The position numbers were made by a program, and so were the translations under genes. Below are positions 55,381 through 64,000 of a stretch of DNA of 64,000 bases, one piece after another; the stretch's first letter is position 1, and each line of letters starts with the position of its first letter. The stretch is taken from positions 32,001 to 96,000 of IMG/VR virus record IMGVR_UViG_3300032116_000033; one strand, written 5' to 3'. The notes beneath the pieces are model-generated. The model saw only the letters and a program-made list of their open reading frames with translations, searched no databases and was not told where the DNA came from. Source of the stretch: a virus.

Positions 55381-56127
55381 TCACAACCTCGATATCTTGT
55401 ATATGGGTTTGTTGCTTCTGGCTATGGCTTTGATGTGTATGAGATTTATCTTGGCGAGATGGTAGTTCGACCCGCTGCCGGACGCGACCTGCGACACCAG
55501 GCTCGCCACGTCGAACATCGCTTCCGAGGATCGGATGCGCCACTGGTTCGACCTGATCTTGGTCTCTAGGGCCCCACAGATAAGATCTCGCCAGTACTTT
55601 TGGCCCTTGCGGCGTCGCTCGCACGGTACGTCCAGGAGATCTGCAAGGTCTGATAATCGCTGAATATCTTCTGTGTCCAGCTCAGACGGTGTGTATATGT
55701 TATCGCACGCTTTTTCTAAGACGTAGTCGATGATCTTGGACTCGCTTGTGTCGAGCTTGGAGATCAAGATGTCGGACTCTTTGACCACTGCGCCTTTGTT
55801 CGTGTTGTACGAGAAGCATCCGTCGCTGAGATCGACCTTCAGGGATCTGTTGAACATGGACCTGTAGGCAGAGCAAATTGTCGTACTATCTTCCTCGAAG
55901 ATCTCGTTTCGACCGTACATCACGTGTGCTATCAGCTTGTCTAGGCCTAAGTAGAATGAGCCGGATTTACACATCTTGGTCATGAAGGGTCTTACCTGGT
56001 CTCTGGTCAGGACGAACGACTGGTCGAGTTTAGAGAGCTCGTCTAACACCGGGCACTGGAACGGCTCGACCATCTGCGATATTGGGTCTAGACTGTCGTA
56101 TGTCTCGTCGGCGAACAAGGCAACCAT
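55381..56127 (-). CDS. hypothetical protein
   Basis: 248-aa ORF with SD GGAGGAG. Confidence 0.6.
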   Translation of the reverse strand: MVALFADETYDSLDPISQMVEPFQCPVLDELSKLDQSFVLTRDQVRPFMTKMCKSGSFYLGLDKLIAHVMYGRNEIFEEDSTTICSAYRSMFNRSLKVDLSDGCFSYNTNKGAVVKESDILISKLDTSESKIIDYVLEKACDNIYTPSELDTEDIQRLSDLADLLDVPCERRRKGQKYWRDLICGALETKIRSNQWRIRSSEAMFDVASLVSQVASGSGSNYHLAKINLIHIKAIARSNKPIYKISRL

Positions 56128-56267
56128 GGCTCCTCCGTGGATCGGGTGAAAGTGACACGATCGCTATTTTGTCCATTGCGATGGACAAAATGCACGCTTA
56201 TGATCACTATATTGGTCATTATGACGTATAGGCTGCATCATCGAATAGGATCGGGATTGACCGAGAG

Positions 56268-56663
56268 TCAGGCAGTGATATCGCCGCTTATCAGCGCTTG
56301 GATCGCGATATCGGCCTCGTGCGTCTCGGCCATCAGAGTGATGTCATGTTTGTTGATCATCAGAAAGTGCCTGTCTTTGAGGGCCACCACTATCAAGTCG
56401 TAGCCTGCATTCTTGTCGCTGATCAGGCGGGCGTTCTCTAGCTTTAGGAGCTGTCTCAGTCTTTTGGTGTAGACATTGAGCGCTTCCTTCTCGGAGTTGA
56501 CGGCGCGAAACTGCTCCTTGAGGAGTCTGATCCTGCTTGACCAGGGGCTCCACCCCTTTAAGGTCTCGTAATAGTAGATCTTGCTGCGTATCTTTCCTCT
56601 TCTGGAGGCCCAGATGTTTCGCTTGTTGACTATCCAACAGATCTCTGATAAGTTGGGATTCAT
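56268..56663 (-). CDS. hypothetical protein
   Basis: 131-aa ORF. Confidence 0.5.
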   Translation of the reverse strand: MNPNLSEICWIVNKRNIWASRRGKIRSKIYYYETLKGWSPWSSRIRLLKEQFRAVNSEKEALNVYTKRLRQLLKLENARLISDKNAGYDLIVVALKDRHFLMINKHDITLMAETHEADIAIQALISGDITA

Positions 56664-56695
56664 GGTCTTGCCTTATCTAGGGTTCGCGGTGTCGT

Positions 56696-57199
56696 TTACA
56701 CACTAACAGTCGCGTCGATGATCATCTCGCTGAGATAGATGTTGAGTAGATCGTAAGGTGTGAGGTCATATTTTGCAGCATAAGCAGCATAAGCAGCAGC
56801 AGCAGCATCAGCATAAGCATAAGCAGCATAAGCAGCATCAGCAACAGCATCATCAGCAGCAGCATCATCAGCAGCATCAGCAGCAGCATCAGCAGCAGCA
56901 TAAGCAGCAGCAGCAGCATAAGCAGCAGCAGCATCAGCAGCAGCATCATCAGCAGCAGCATAAGCAGCAGCAGCAGCAGCATAAGCATCAGCATAAGCAG
57001 CATAAGCAGCATTAGCAGCATTAGCAGCATTAGCAGCATAAGCAGCCTCGCTAGGATCTAGTATCCACTTCTCTGCTGCTTGTATAGCTGCTGCGACCCT
57101 AGGGTCAGTGTTTATATGCTGTACCCTCTTAGCGCACCATACCGCAAACTTAACGCAGTCCATCTGACTCCAAGTAGATAGAATCTTTTTAATTTCCAT
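56696..57199 (-). CDS. Ala-rich repeat protein (Imm5-like pattern)
   Basis: FAVWCAKRV..DPRVAAAIQAAEKW followed by an A/Y/D tract. Confidence 0.6.
   Translation of the reverse strand: MEIKKILSTWSQMDCVKFAVWCAKRVQHINTDPRVAAAIQAAEKWILDPSEAAYAANAANAANAAYAAYADAYAAAAAAYAAADDAAADAAAAYAAAAAYAAADAAADAADDAAADDAVADAAYAAYAYADAAAAAYAAYAAKYDLTPYDLLNIYLSEMIIDATVSV
56774..57046. repeat. imperfect trinucleotide tract (GCT/GAT/TAT codons on - strand)
   Basis: ~270 bp of (AGC)n interspersed with ATA/ATC. Confidence 0.95.
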
Positions 57200-58067
57200 G
57201 ATTCACTCCGGCACGCTGAAGCCAAGCTCCTTGGCCTTCTTGACCGACAGCGACCCGCGAGCCTCACCTGGGCGCTTGGTGCGCTCCACGCCGTAGCGCT
57301 CGAAGTTCACCCACTTGCCATCTAGCTCGACGAGCTGGTAGACGATGCCCTGATCGTCCTGAAAAGCGTGGTTGACGCCGTACTCCTTGACCAAAGCCTC
57401 GACAGCGGTCTTGTAGTCGTCGAAGAATCGCTTGATCTCTTCGCGCCGACGGTCCAGAAGAATAAGCTGAGCGTGCAACGGTGACATATCACTCTCCTTT
57501 GCTGTTGATCTTTTCGACGTAGAGATGCGCGACCTGAAACGCTTGATCGAGCGTCATCCTCGTGCTTCGTTTGAAATCTTCGTTTCGGTACACGACACTA
57601 GGCATCGTGCAGAACTCAAGGTCAGGATAGAGAACTTCGTCGCGCTCGTTGAAGATCGAGAAACATCTCGCTTCCTTGGTGGCGATCTTGCGGATCCATA
57701 TACCGTACTTCTTGGAGAATAGGAACTCGGTGGCCATGCCGAGCATGGCTTTGTTGTCGTACTTCACGATGTGTCCCTCGATTATTTTGGAGGAGTTTCT
57801 TGATCTTTATCGGATCGGATGATCTTAAGGTTGGAGCGTTTATGCTTCTTGGCAGACGAGCCCGCTACGGTGAAGTCTTTTGCGGAGCCTGCGATGTACT
57901 CGAGGTACGTGCGGTGGGTCTTCTCGATCTCCTTCATGGCGACGTCGTACATCTTGGCGATCTGCTTCCTGGCGCGTATGCTTGCGATAAGATATCCGGC
58001 GACGTAGGCCGAAACACCGATGCACATAGTCAGCACTATCAGAGAAGCGACTCCTGCGTACTCCATG

Positions 58068-58580
58068 TTAATCTCCGTTGCTTGAGTTTTCTTCAAACCT
58101 TACATACAGCAGAGCTGCGAGCTCGTCTTCGGTGATCTCGGCCTTCTTCAGGCGCTTCTTCCATTCCTTGATCTTCTTCTCGTCGGCGTTGTGGCGGCCT
58201 CTGTTTAGGTGCTCAGGAATGGCTCTAGTGTTCTTGCAGCTGTAGCCCTCTGAGTTGTCCTTGCGGTCCGGCGAAAGTTTCTGTCCGTTCTTCTTCTCGG
58301 CCCTCTGGTGGCGATCGGATATGTCGCTCCAGTCTCCGTTTCCTTTGGAGGTCCCAGGTGCGGTGCCGTTCTTGCCCTTCTGGCGTCGGGTGGCGTCGTC
58401 GGCCTTACGCCAGGCACGCTCTTTTGTACCAGCAGTGTGGCGCAGTCTTGTGAGCTTGTCCATGCACGACTTGCAGCGCGAGCCCTTAGATCCGCCGGAA
58501 ACTTCGGTACCGCAGCGGACGCACTTAGACTTAACGAGTTCCTCTACCAAGTCCCATATTCTTTCGTCTAGATCGCTCAT
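58068..58580 (-). CDS. zinc finger plus beta-beta-alpha-Me nuclease-like protein
   Basis: CVRC..CKSC; LSPDRKDNSEGYSCKN..N resembles the SxDRxDxxxGY HNH variant. Confidence 0.5.
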   Translation of the reverse strand: MSDLDERIWDLVEELVKSKCVRCGTEVSGGSKGSRCKSCMDKLTRLRHTAGTKERAWRKADDATRRQKGKNGTAPGTSKGNGDWSDISDRHQRAEKKNGQKLSPDRKDNSEGYSCKNTRAIPEHLNRGRHNADEKKIKEWKKRLKKAEITEDELAALLYVRFEENSSNGD

Positions 58581-58915
58581 TTTATCCCTCGGGCAAGATC
58601 GGTGCTATAATATTTTACCCCAAGAGTGTGCTCTAGATGGTCTGTATGCTTTTTATCTCTTGTATCAAGAGTTTAATCTGCCTGATCTGAAGCCTACGTA
58701 TGAGGTTTGCGTCGGCGATCTTGAGCTTGAAGAGAACCCTAGACGCACCGATGAGCACGTCCTCGCTGATCATCAGCTTACCTCTGTCGGAGAGAAGGAA
58801 TCGATCATCCTTGTCTGAAGGTCGTACATCGTCTGGCGAGACACGATCTTGAGCTGGATGAGCGTGGATGCTGCGAGTAGCACGGTCCTGTAGGACCCGA
58901 GGCTGCGGATCTCGT

Positions 58916-59434
58916 TCATGCGTTTCTCGTCTTCTTGAGTCTTCTCATTATCATGTCTTTCTTGATCCTTGAGGCCTTCTCGACCAGGGTCTTGCCGTCG
59001 AGGTGGTCGATCTCGTGCTGGAGGCACGCGGCCATCAGCCCTGTGGCTCTGATCTCTTTGTGCTCGCCGGACAGGTTCTGGTATCGCACCGTGACCTGGT
59101 CGAAGCGCTTGACGACGTCGATGACGTCCGGCAGCGACAGGCACCCCTCGCGGGACATGACGTCGACCTCTGCCTCCAGCAGGATCGGGTTGACGAGCAC
59201 GATCGGGATGTTGTGGTAGGGCTCCGACATGTCGCCGAGTAGCCTAGGGACCTCGGTGACCGCCACCCTCCTGGAGTCGCCGACCTGGTTGGCCGAAAGG
59301 CCGATGCCGCCCTCGGCCCGCATCGTCTCGATCATGTCCCGAGCGAGCCGCTCGAGGTCGTCGTCGAACACCGACACCGCTAGGCAGCGCGTTCGTAGCA
59401 TAGGGTCTGGCCATTTTCTTATCTTGAGAATCAC
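58916..59434 (-). CDS. def: peptide deformylase
   Basis: GIGLSANQVG, EGCLS, QHEIDHLDG. Confidence 0.93.
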   Translation of the reverse strand: MILKIRKWPDPMLRTRCLAVSVFDDDLERLARDMIETMRAEGGIGLSANQVGDSRRVAVTEVPRLLGDMSEPYHNIPIVLVNPILLEAEVDVMSREGCLSLPDVIDVVKRFDQVTVRYQNLSGEHKEIRATGLMAACLQHEIDHLDGKTLVEKASRIKKDMIMRRLKKTRNA

Positions 59435-59513
59435 GTCTCACCTCACGGAAACGTTCTGTAAAGGATCTGGCATATCTTGTACACAACGAGCTTGATCTTC
59501 TCTTTTAGTCTGG

Positions 59514-61310
59514 TCATGTTAAGCCTTTCTTAGGGATCTTGATGGTGCTACCGATCCTCGCGAGCGGGTGGTCGGCGTGCCCGCCTTCGGATATGATCCA
59601 CAGGGTCTGTGGGAACTTCTGACCGGGCCTCATCGAGGCTTCGATATCGACGTCGGAGTAGCAGCCGTCCGTTATTATCAGCGAGAGGTCCGGGCTTGTC
59701 TCGAGTATGCGCTTGAGTGACGAGCCGAGGTGCGTGCCGCCCATGCTCACGGCTTTCTTGATCTGCTCCTGCGTAGACCGGTCTCCGAGCTTGTACTTTG
59801 CCGTGTGGTAGTTGACGTCGCTGAAGAGGTTGATCTCGCACTTCCTGGAGCCGACCTTCAGGAACTGGTCGACGATGTCTAGGAAGACGTTCAGCTCCTC
59901 GATCGAGATCGAGCCCGACGTGTCGAGGAAGAGGCTCAGCTTAGGGAGCTCGCCTTCGCGGGTGCCCGGCGACATATTGCCGTACCTGCGGGATCTTCTG
60001 GACCACGTGTGGGCGCGATCGTGGCCGGAGGCCGACCGCTTGATGGCGGACAGTATCAGCGCGCGGTAGTTGAGCTCGGCGCGCCTCGTCTTGATCGAGT
60101 CTAGAAGCTCTTTGACCGAGCCGGGGAGATCGTCGTAGCTTAGGCCTTGCTTCACCATGGCCCGCTTGACCAGCTCCTCGGTCGCGTCTAGGATCTCGCT
60201 CTCCTCGGCGTTGGCGTGCCAGTCGTGCACGTCGAACTGGCGTGGGAGCCCCTTGCCCTTGCCGCTGCTCTTGCCTTTTGCGGGCACCCACTCCATGTCG
60301 TCGACGTCGACGTCGAGCTTCTTGCCGGCCTCGCCCTGGATGGCCCAGGCCTTGCCCTTGTTCGCGGTGCCGTAGCGGGGGACCGCACCGTCGCCGCGCT
60401 TCACGATGCCGGCGTCGTCGTGGCCGTCGTGGGCCTCGAGACGAGTCAACACGACCGGCGAGGTCTGCGACCCCGGATCTGACACGACGTATATGCCGTT
60501 GTCCTTGAGATCGGTCTGATCCTTGACGAGGATGTTCTGGCCGACACCTAAGGTCCTGCCGTCGATGGTCTGCTCGCCGTCTGCGTTGAACGTCAGGGTC
60601 TTGCCGCGCTTTGATCCACTGGGCACGACGTCGAGGTTGTCGGTGGTCGCGACGGACACGAGGATGCTCTTGTTGTCTGGATCTTCCTCGGGCTCGTCGT
60701 AGTGTTCCATGAGCTTCTCGAAGTAGTACTCCATGGGCTTGTTCTTGGGCCACGGCGTTTTCTTGCCGGTGCTCTCGCTCGTGTCGTAGTAGTCGGACAC
60801 GTCGAGGCACATGCCGGGGCACTGAGGGTTCTCGCAGGCTTCACCTTGTTTCTGAAGTTCGACAGGAGGGCATTGGCTGCAGCCGCGCGGAAGGTTCTGG
60901 ATTGTCTGATTGATCGAAAGATCGCCTGCAAAGTTGAGTAGCATGCGCTTGTGATCTGACACGGACATGAACGGAACACGGATGAGGTGCTTGTTGAGGA
61001 TGTGATACATCTCGTGGATCAAGACGGCGACGCGCTGTTTGTCGCTTAGGGACCGACAAAAGAACGACGGGTTGATGTACATCTCATAGCGTTTCATGTC
61101 TGCATTGAACGTCACACCGGCAGTCGGCACCATGTACGAGTACATAATATTCATGATCTGAAGCGTAGACCCTACAAACGGATGCTGTCGCGTCAGCTCG
61201 TACAAAGCCGTATTGAGGCACTGCTGCATCACGTCCGCCGGCACATCATCCTTGATCGCTTTCTGGAGTGCGGCCTTCTTCGTCACTGTGCTGGGCTGAG
61301 CTTGAGACAT
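59514..61310 (-). CDS. DUF2201-like metallopeptidase plus VWA-domain protein with an inserted fibre-like domain
   Basis: LIHEMYH, DLSIN; MIDAS DTSGS, GGT, ITDG; SD GGAGG before ATG 61310. Confidence 0.8.
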   Translation of the reverse strand: MSQAQPSTVTKKAALQKAIKDDVPADVMQQCLNTALYELTRQHPFVGSTLQIMNIMYSYMVPTAGVTFNADMKRYEMYINPSFFCRSLSDKQRVAVLIHEMYHILNKHLIRVPFMSVSDHKRMLLNFAGDLSINQTIQNLPRGCSQCPPVELQKQGEACENPQCPGMCLDVSDYYDTSESTGKKTPWPKNKPMEYYFEKLMEHYDEPEEDPDNKSILVSVATTDNLDVVPSGSKRGKTLTFNADGEQTIDGRTLGVGQNILVKDQTDLKDNGIYVVSDPGSQTSPVVLTRLEAHDGHDDAGIVKRGDGAVPRYGTANKGKAWAIQGEAGKKLDVDVDDMEWVPAKGKSSGKGKGLPRQFDVHDWHANAEESEILDATEELVKRAMVKQGLSYDDLPGSVKELLDSIKTRRAELNYRALILSAIKRSASGHDRAHTWSRRSRRYGNMSPGTREGELPKLSLFLDTSGSISIEELNVFLDIVDQFLKVGSRKCEINLFSDVNYHTAKYKLGDRSTQEQIKKAVSMGGTHLGSSLKRILETSPDLSLIITDGCYSDVDIEASMRPGQKFPQTLWIISEGGHADHPLARIGSTIKIPKKGLT

Positions 61311-61518
61311 ATGTTGGACCTCCGGTTTGAGGATCATTAGATTCGGAAATATATTTGAAGACATAACCGCCAGCAGACTTTCTTCTGCCCGCTAAGACGG
61401 AAGATATGTTTGACTGACATATCCCTAACTCTTTTGAAGCTGTAGCCTTATTTTCAAACCGACAAACTTCAATACCATCCTTGATCTGCTTGAGGACTCT
61501 GGATGTGGTTCCTGTCAT
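61246..61518 (-). CDS. stand-alone NUMOD1-like DNA-binding protein
   Basis: RFENKATASKELGICQSNISSVLAGRRKSAGGYVFKY. Confidence 0.6.
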   Translation of the reverse strand: MTGTTSRVLKQIKDGIEVCRFENKATASKELGICQSNISSVLAGRRKSAGGYVFKYISESNDPQTGGPTYVSSSAQHSDEEGRTPESDQG

Positions 61519-61820
61519 CTTCGTTTCGCCAGCTGCACGACGTCGACTATGTCTTCTGCGTCGATCCATATGAACCTTGAGATCTCTTGGTCGTTGACGA
61601 CGCACCTTGTCTTTACGATGTACGCTTCTGCTGCAGCGTCCTCTTCCCAGCTTTTGCGCATCTCCATCACCACGCCGACGTTAGAGCAAGCGTCGGCATA
61701 GAAGAGGTTTCTCTGCTTGAACTCGAACTTTACGGTGTCGCCTAGTCTGAATTCTTTGTGCCTGATCTCTCCTGAGAAGCACGACGAAAGTAGTAGAGCC
61801 GTAGCTATGTAGAGCCTCAT
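61515..61820 (-). CDS. putative lipoprotein
   Basis: MRLYIATALLLSSC lipobox. Confidence 0.55.
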   Translation of the reverse strand: MRLYIATALLLSSCFSGEIRHKEFRLGDTVKFEFKQRNLFYADACSNVGVVMEMRKSWEEDAAAEAYIVKTRCVVNDQEISRFIWIDAEDIVDVVQLAKRR

Positions 61821-62046
61821 CGGTCCCTCATGAATGTTAAAACTATGAGCAATATCGCAGCAGCGACGTACAGCAATTCCGGTATCTGTCTGTTTCTGTT
61901 TGGAAAAAGTTTGTCAAACGCCTTGCGAAACATCAGTCCCTCATGAACATGATAAACGCCAGCACCATGGGCAGTATGCAGACACCAAAAAACACTACCA
62001 AAAACTCAATGAACTTCATCATCTCGGGTGTCATGTCGCACATCTT

Positions 62047-62712
62047 CTACTCCACGAATAGACTTGGAAAATAATCCTTTAGCGCATCTTTACAAGCCAC
62101 AGCGATGTCGCGGTGCTCTTTCTGAGTCGAAGGATCCGACCTCACGGCGATATAGTGCATCCAGCTCCTCACAGATCCAGACATATAGAGCCTAGTCCTA
62201 GACGACAGCGGCAACACGAACCTCGCGCACTCCTTGGCTATACCGTTGTCTAGTGCCCATTTGTAATGCTCGAAGCATACTTTCCAGGCATCCAGTTGAC
62301 GTATGGACCACTCGTCCTTGATGTCTGGCGGAAGGTCGTCTATGGAGTTCTGCTTGTTCTTGAGATCCTGGCGTCGTGCCGCATAGAGCACCACGCCTGA
62401 ATCGTCGAGCGACTGGTAGCGCTGACTGAACTCTTGAAACGAGAAGCTGCGATGTCTGAGGATCTGGGGCGCGATGCCGCGCGAGGTGTCGATCTCGATC
62501 GTCACGTGGCTCATCTCGAACGGAGACCAGTGCTTGTGGTCCTGAAGATATTTCAGAAGTTTTGGCATGGTGTCGGTGTTGATTTGGTTGTTTGGGTTGG
62601 ACACTCTAGCGCAGTAGGCTATTATGTCTTCTTGGTCGAGGTGATCGATGTCTTGTGCGACCGGCTTTGTGACCGATATGACTCGAACTGAGTACTCATT
62701 GCTCGTCGTCAT
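62047..62712 (-). CDS. thyX: flavin-dependent thymidylate synthase
   Basis: YCARVS, HWSPFE, QILRHRSFSFQEFSQRY, ECARFVLP, TQKEHR. Confidence 0.93.
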   Translation of the reverse strand: MTTSNEYSVRVISVTKPVAQDIDHLDQEDIIAYCARVSNPNNQINTDTMPKLLKYLQDHKHWSPFEMSHVTIEIDTSRGIAPQILRHRSFSFQEFSQRYQSLDDSGVVLYAARRQDLKNKQNSIDDLPPDIKDEWSIRQLDAWKVCFEHYKWALDNGIAKECARFVLPLSSRTRLYMSGSVRSWMHYIAVRSDPSTQKEHRDIAVACKDALKDYFPSLFVE

Positions 62713-62960
62713 CTTTCTTTTCCGTAAGTGATATGATCTTGTCTATGGCTTCGCTGAGCGAGTTCATGTAAGCAGCGAACAAGTCTTCCTGACGCTTCGC
62801 TGCTATCTTGCGCTTTACAGCGCGCTTGCGCTCTATTATCTTGCGGCGCCTCAGTGCGCCTATGTCAGATACGTCACCCATGACTTTACTTACGTCTGTT
62901 GCACATATCTATATCTTAACAGACAGAAGGTCGAAGCATCCGTGCTTCCGACCATATACA

Positions 62961-63689
62961 TCATCGTGCAGCAAGTCTCTCTCGCGCGATGCGAAGTTCT
63001 TCCTTCATGTCAAACAGTTGGGCAACGTAGTCGTCTGTCTCGTGCACGCCTCGGCCACCGCCGCGGATCATGCTGGTCACAGTAGCGCCTGCAGGACCGC
63101 CGTTGTACGCTGCATAAGCGCGGGCGATGTTGCCGTTGTACTTCTCGGCAAGGCTCTTGAAGTGCTGATATCCCAGGAAGATGTTGATCTCAGGGTCGTT
63201 TAGGTCGTCGGGAGTAAGCTTGCCGAGGTCTACTTTGTCTGCTTCGGCCTGTGCTGTAGCAGGCATAAGCTGAGCGATACCCATGGCGCCGGCAGGTGAT
63301 CTTACTGTCGGTCTATACTGACTTTCTTTGCACATCAAGGCGATGAAAGCTTCCTGCACGTGGCGGTCGCCACCGATCTGGCTGAGGATGCGGTCCACCT
63401 GACGAGCCCGGATGACGCGCTGTGCCTGGCTCGGCAGCGTTGCCTTCGATCCCTGACATTTAGGCTGGTCCATCATCCACATGACGATGTCCTGAAGAGA
63501 CTCTTTTTCTTGCTGTACGACCTCTGCTACAGCAGGCGACCGCTGGCTTGGTGCGGGCTCTGCTAAGCTCGAAGACTGGAAAGCACCAAGCGCTTGAGCG
63601 ATGCCGATGCTTACAGCAGCAAATGAAACTCCGCCGGCCACCATGAAGAAGATTTTGCTTGACTTGACTTTTTTAAAGAAAGATTTCAT
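62961..63689 (-). CDS. SLT-family lytic transglycosylase with an N-terminal membrane anchor
   Basis: KESQY..SPAGAMGIAQLMPATA, AYAAYNGG, ETDDYV; G/A-rich TM. Confidence 0.88.
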   Translation of the reverse strand: MKSFFKKVKSSKIFFMVAGGVSFAAVSIGIAQALGAFQSSSLAEPAPSQRSPAVAEVVQQEKESLQDIVMWMMDQPKCQGSKATLPSQAQRVIRARQVDRILSQIGGDRHVQEAFIALMCKESQYRPTVRSPAGAMGIAQLMPATAQAEADKVDLGKLTPDDLNDPEINIFLGYQHFKSLAEKYNGNIARAYAAYNGGPAGATVTSMIRGGGRGVHETDDYVAQLFDMKEELRIARERLAAR

Positions 63690-63704
63690 AAAAGCTCCTT
63701 TGCT

Positions 63705-63971
63705 TTAGTTTTCTGATAGTATGTCGTCTACGATGCTGCTTGCTATAGCATCTGCAAGATCTTCGATTCGGTATCCGACATAACTTTCGTCCACTTTTAC
63801 AACGGCTAAAAAGTAGGGACCGGTGCCTTTAGGGGACTGTCTCGTCATCAGCTTTATCGAGAACCTTGAGCGAACCTTAGCGATCTTGAATTTGCAGTTC
63901 TTGTTGAAAAAGGTTATGTTCGTTTGGTGCTCATCTATGAGCCTTGACACGATCTCGATAATCTCACTCAT
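63705..63971 (-). CDS. hypothetical protein
   Basis: 88-aa ORF. Confidence 0.45.
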   Translation of the reverse strand: MSEIIEIVSRLIDEHQTNITFFNKNCKFKIAKVRSRFSIKLMTRQSPKGTGPYFLAVVKVDESYVGYRIEDLADAIASSIVDDILSEN

Positions 63972-64000
63972 GGCTTCGTTGAACGAGTCTTTTCGATATA

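Noticed and set aside
56722-57039. Poly-L/M and poly-Q/H ORFs in alternative frames
   Set aside because: By-products of the trinucleotide tract; only the Ala-rich frame has non-repetitive flanking domains
59941-60822. 293-aa Arg-rich overlapping ORF and similar long shadow ORFs (e.g. 11058-11741, 18674-19360, 38890-39570)
   Set aside because: Off-frame or antisense shadows of codon-biased genes, with no motifs or RBS
1-64000. Stop-codon reassignment
   Set aside because: Conserved genes are full length in the standard code and end in TAA, TGA and TAG

Overview
A 64 kb segment of a large tailed phage genome, with an SPO1/Twort-like head module and standard genetic code. The + strand (1-42.6 kb) carries RecA/UvsX, an SbcD-like nuclease, terminase, portal, prohead protease, scaffold, major capsid protein, a block of probable internal head proteins, a 14-repeat coiled-coil fibre and a 1851-aa FG-GAP/12xFN3 adhesin. 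The - strand (42.6-64 kb) carries nucleotide metabolism, DNA repair and accessory genes: DenV-like, UDG-like, dCMP deaminase, two ThyX homologues, a T4 gp42-like dCMP hydroxymethylase, two lytic transglycosylases, an exported ClpP-like protein and peptide deformylase. Most striking: (1) the large terminase gene is fractured into two ORFs joined by a natural split intein, each half carries a further cis-intein, and two free-standing endonucleases lie between the halves; (2) a recurring element places a TATAAT box in an RNA hairpin that occludes the downstream RBS/start codon; (3) seven paralogous HNH genes are present, several flanked by duplicated ends of neighbouring genes, including a perfect 34-bp repeat; (4) the prohead protease carries a 22/30-identical copy of the capsid protein N-terminal arm; (5) a likely cytosine-modification pathway is encoded. 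All calls come from motif recognition by eye; no database searches were run.
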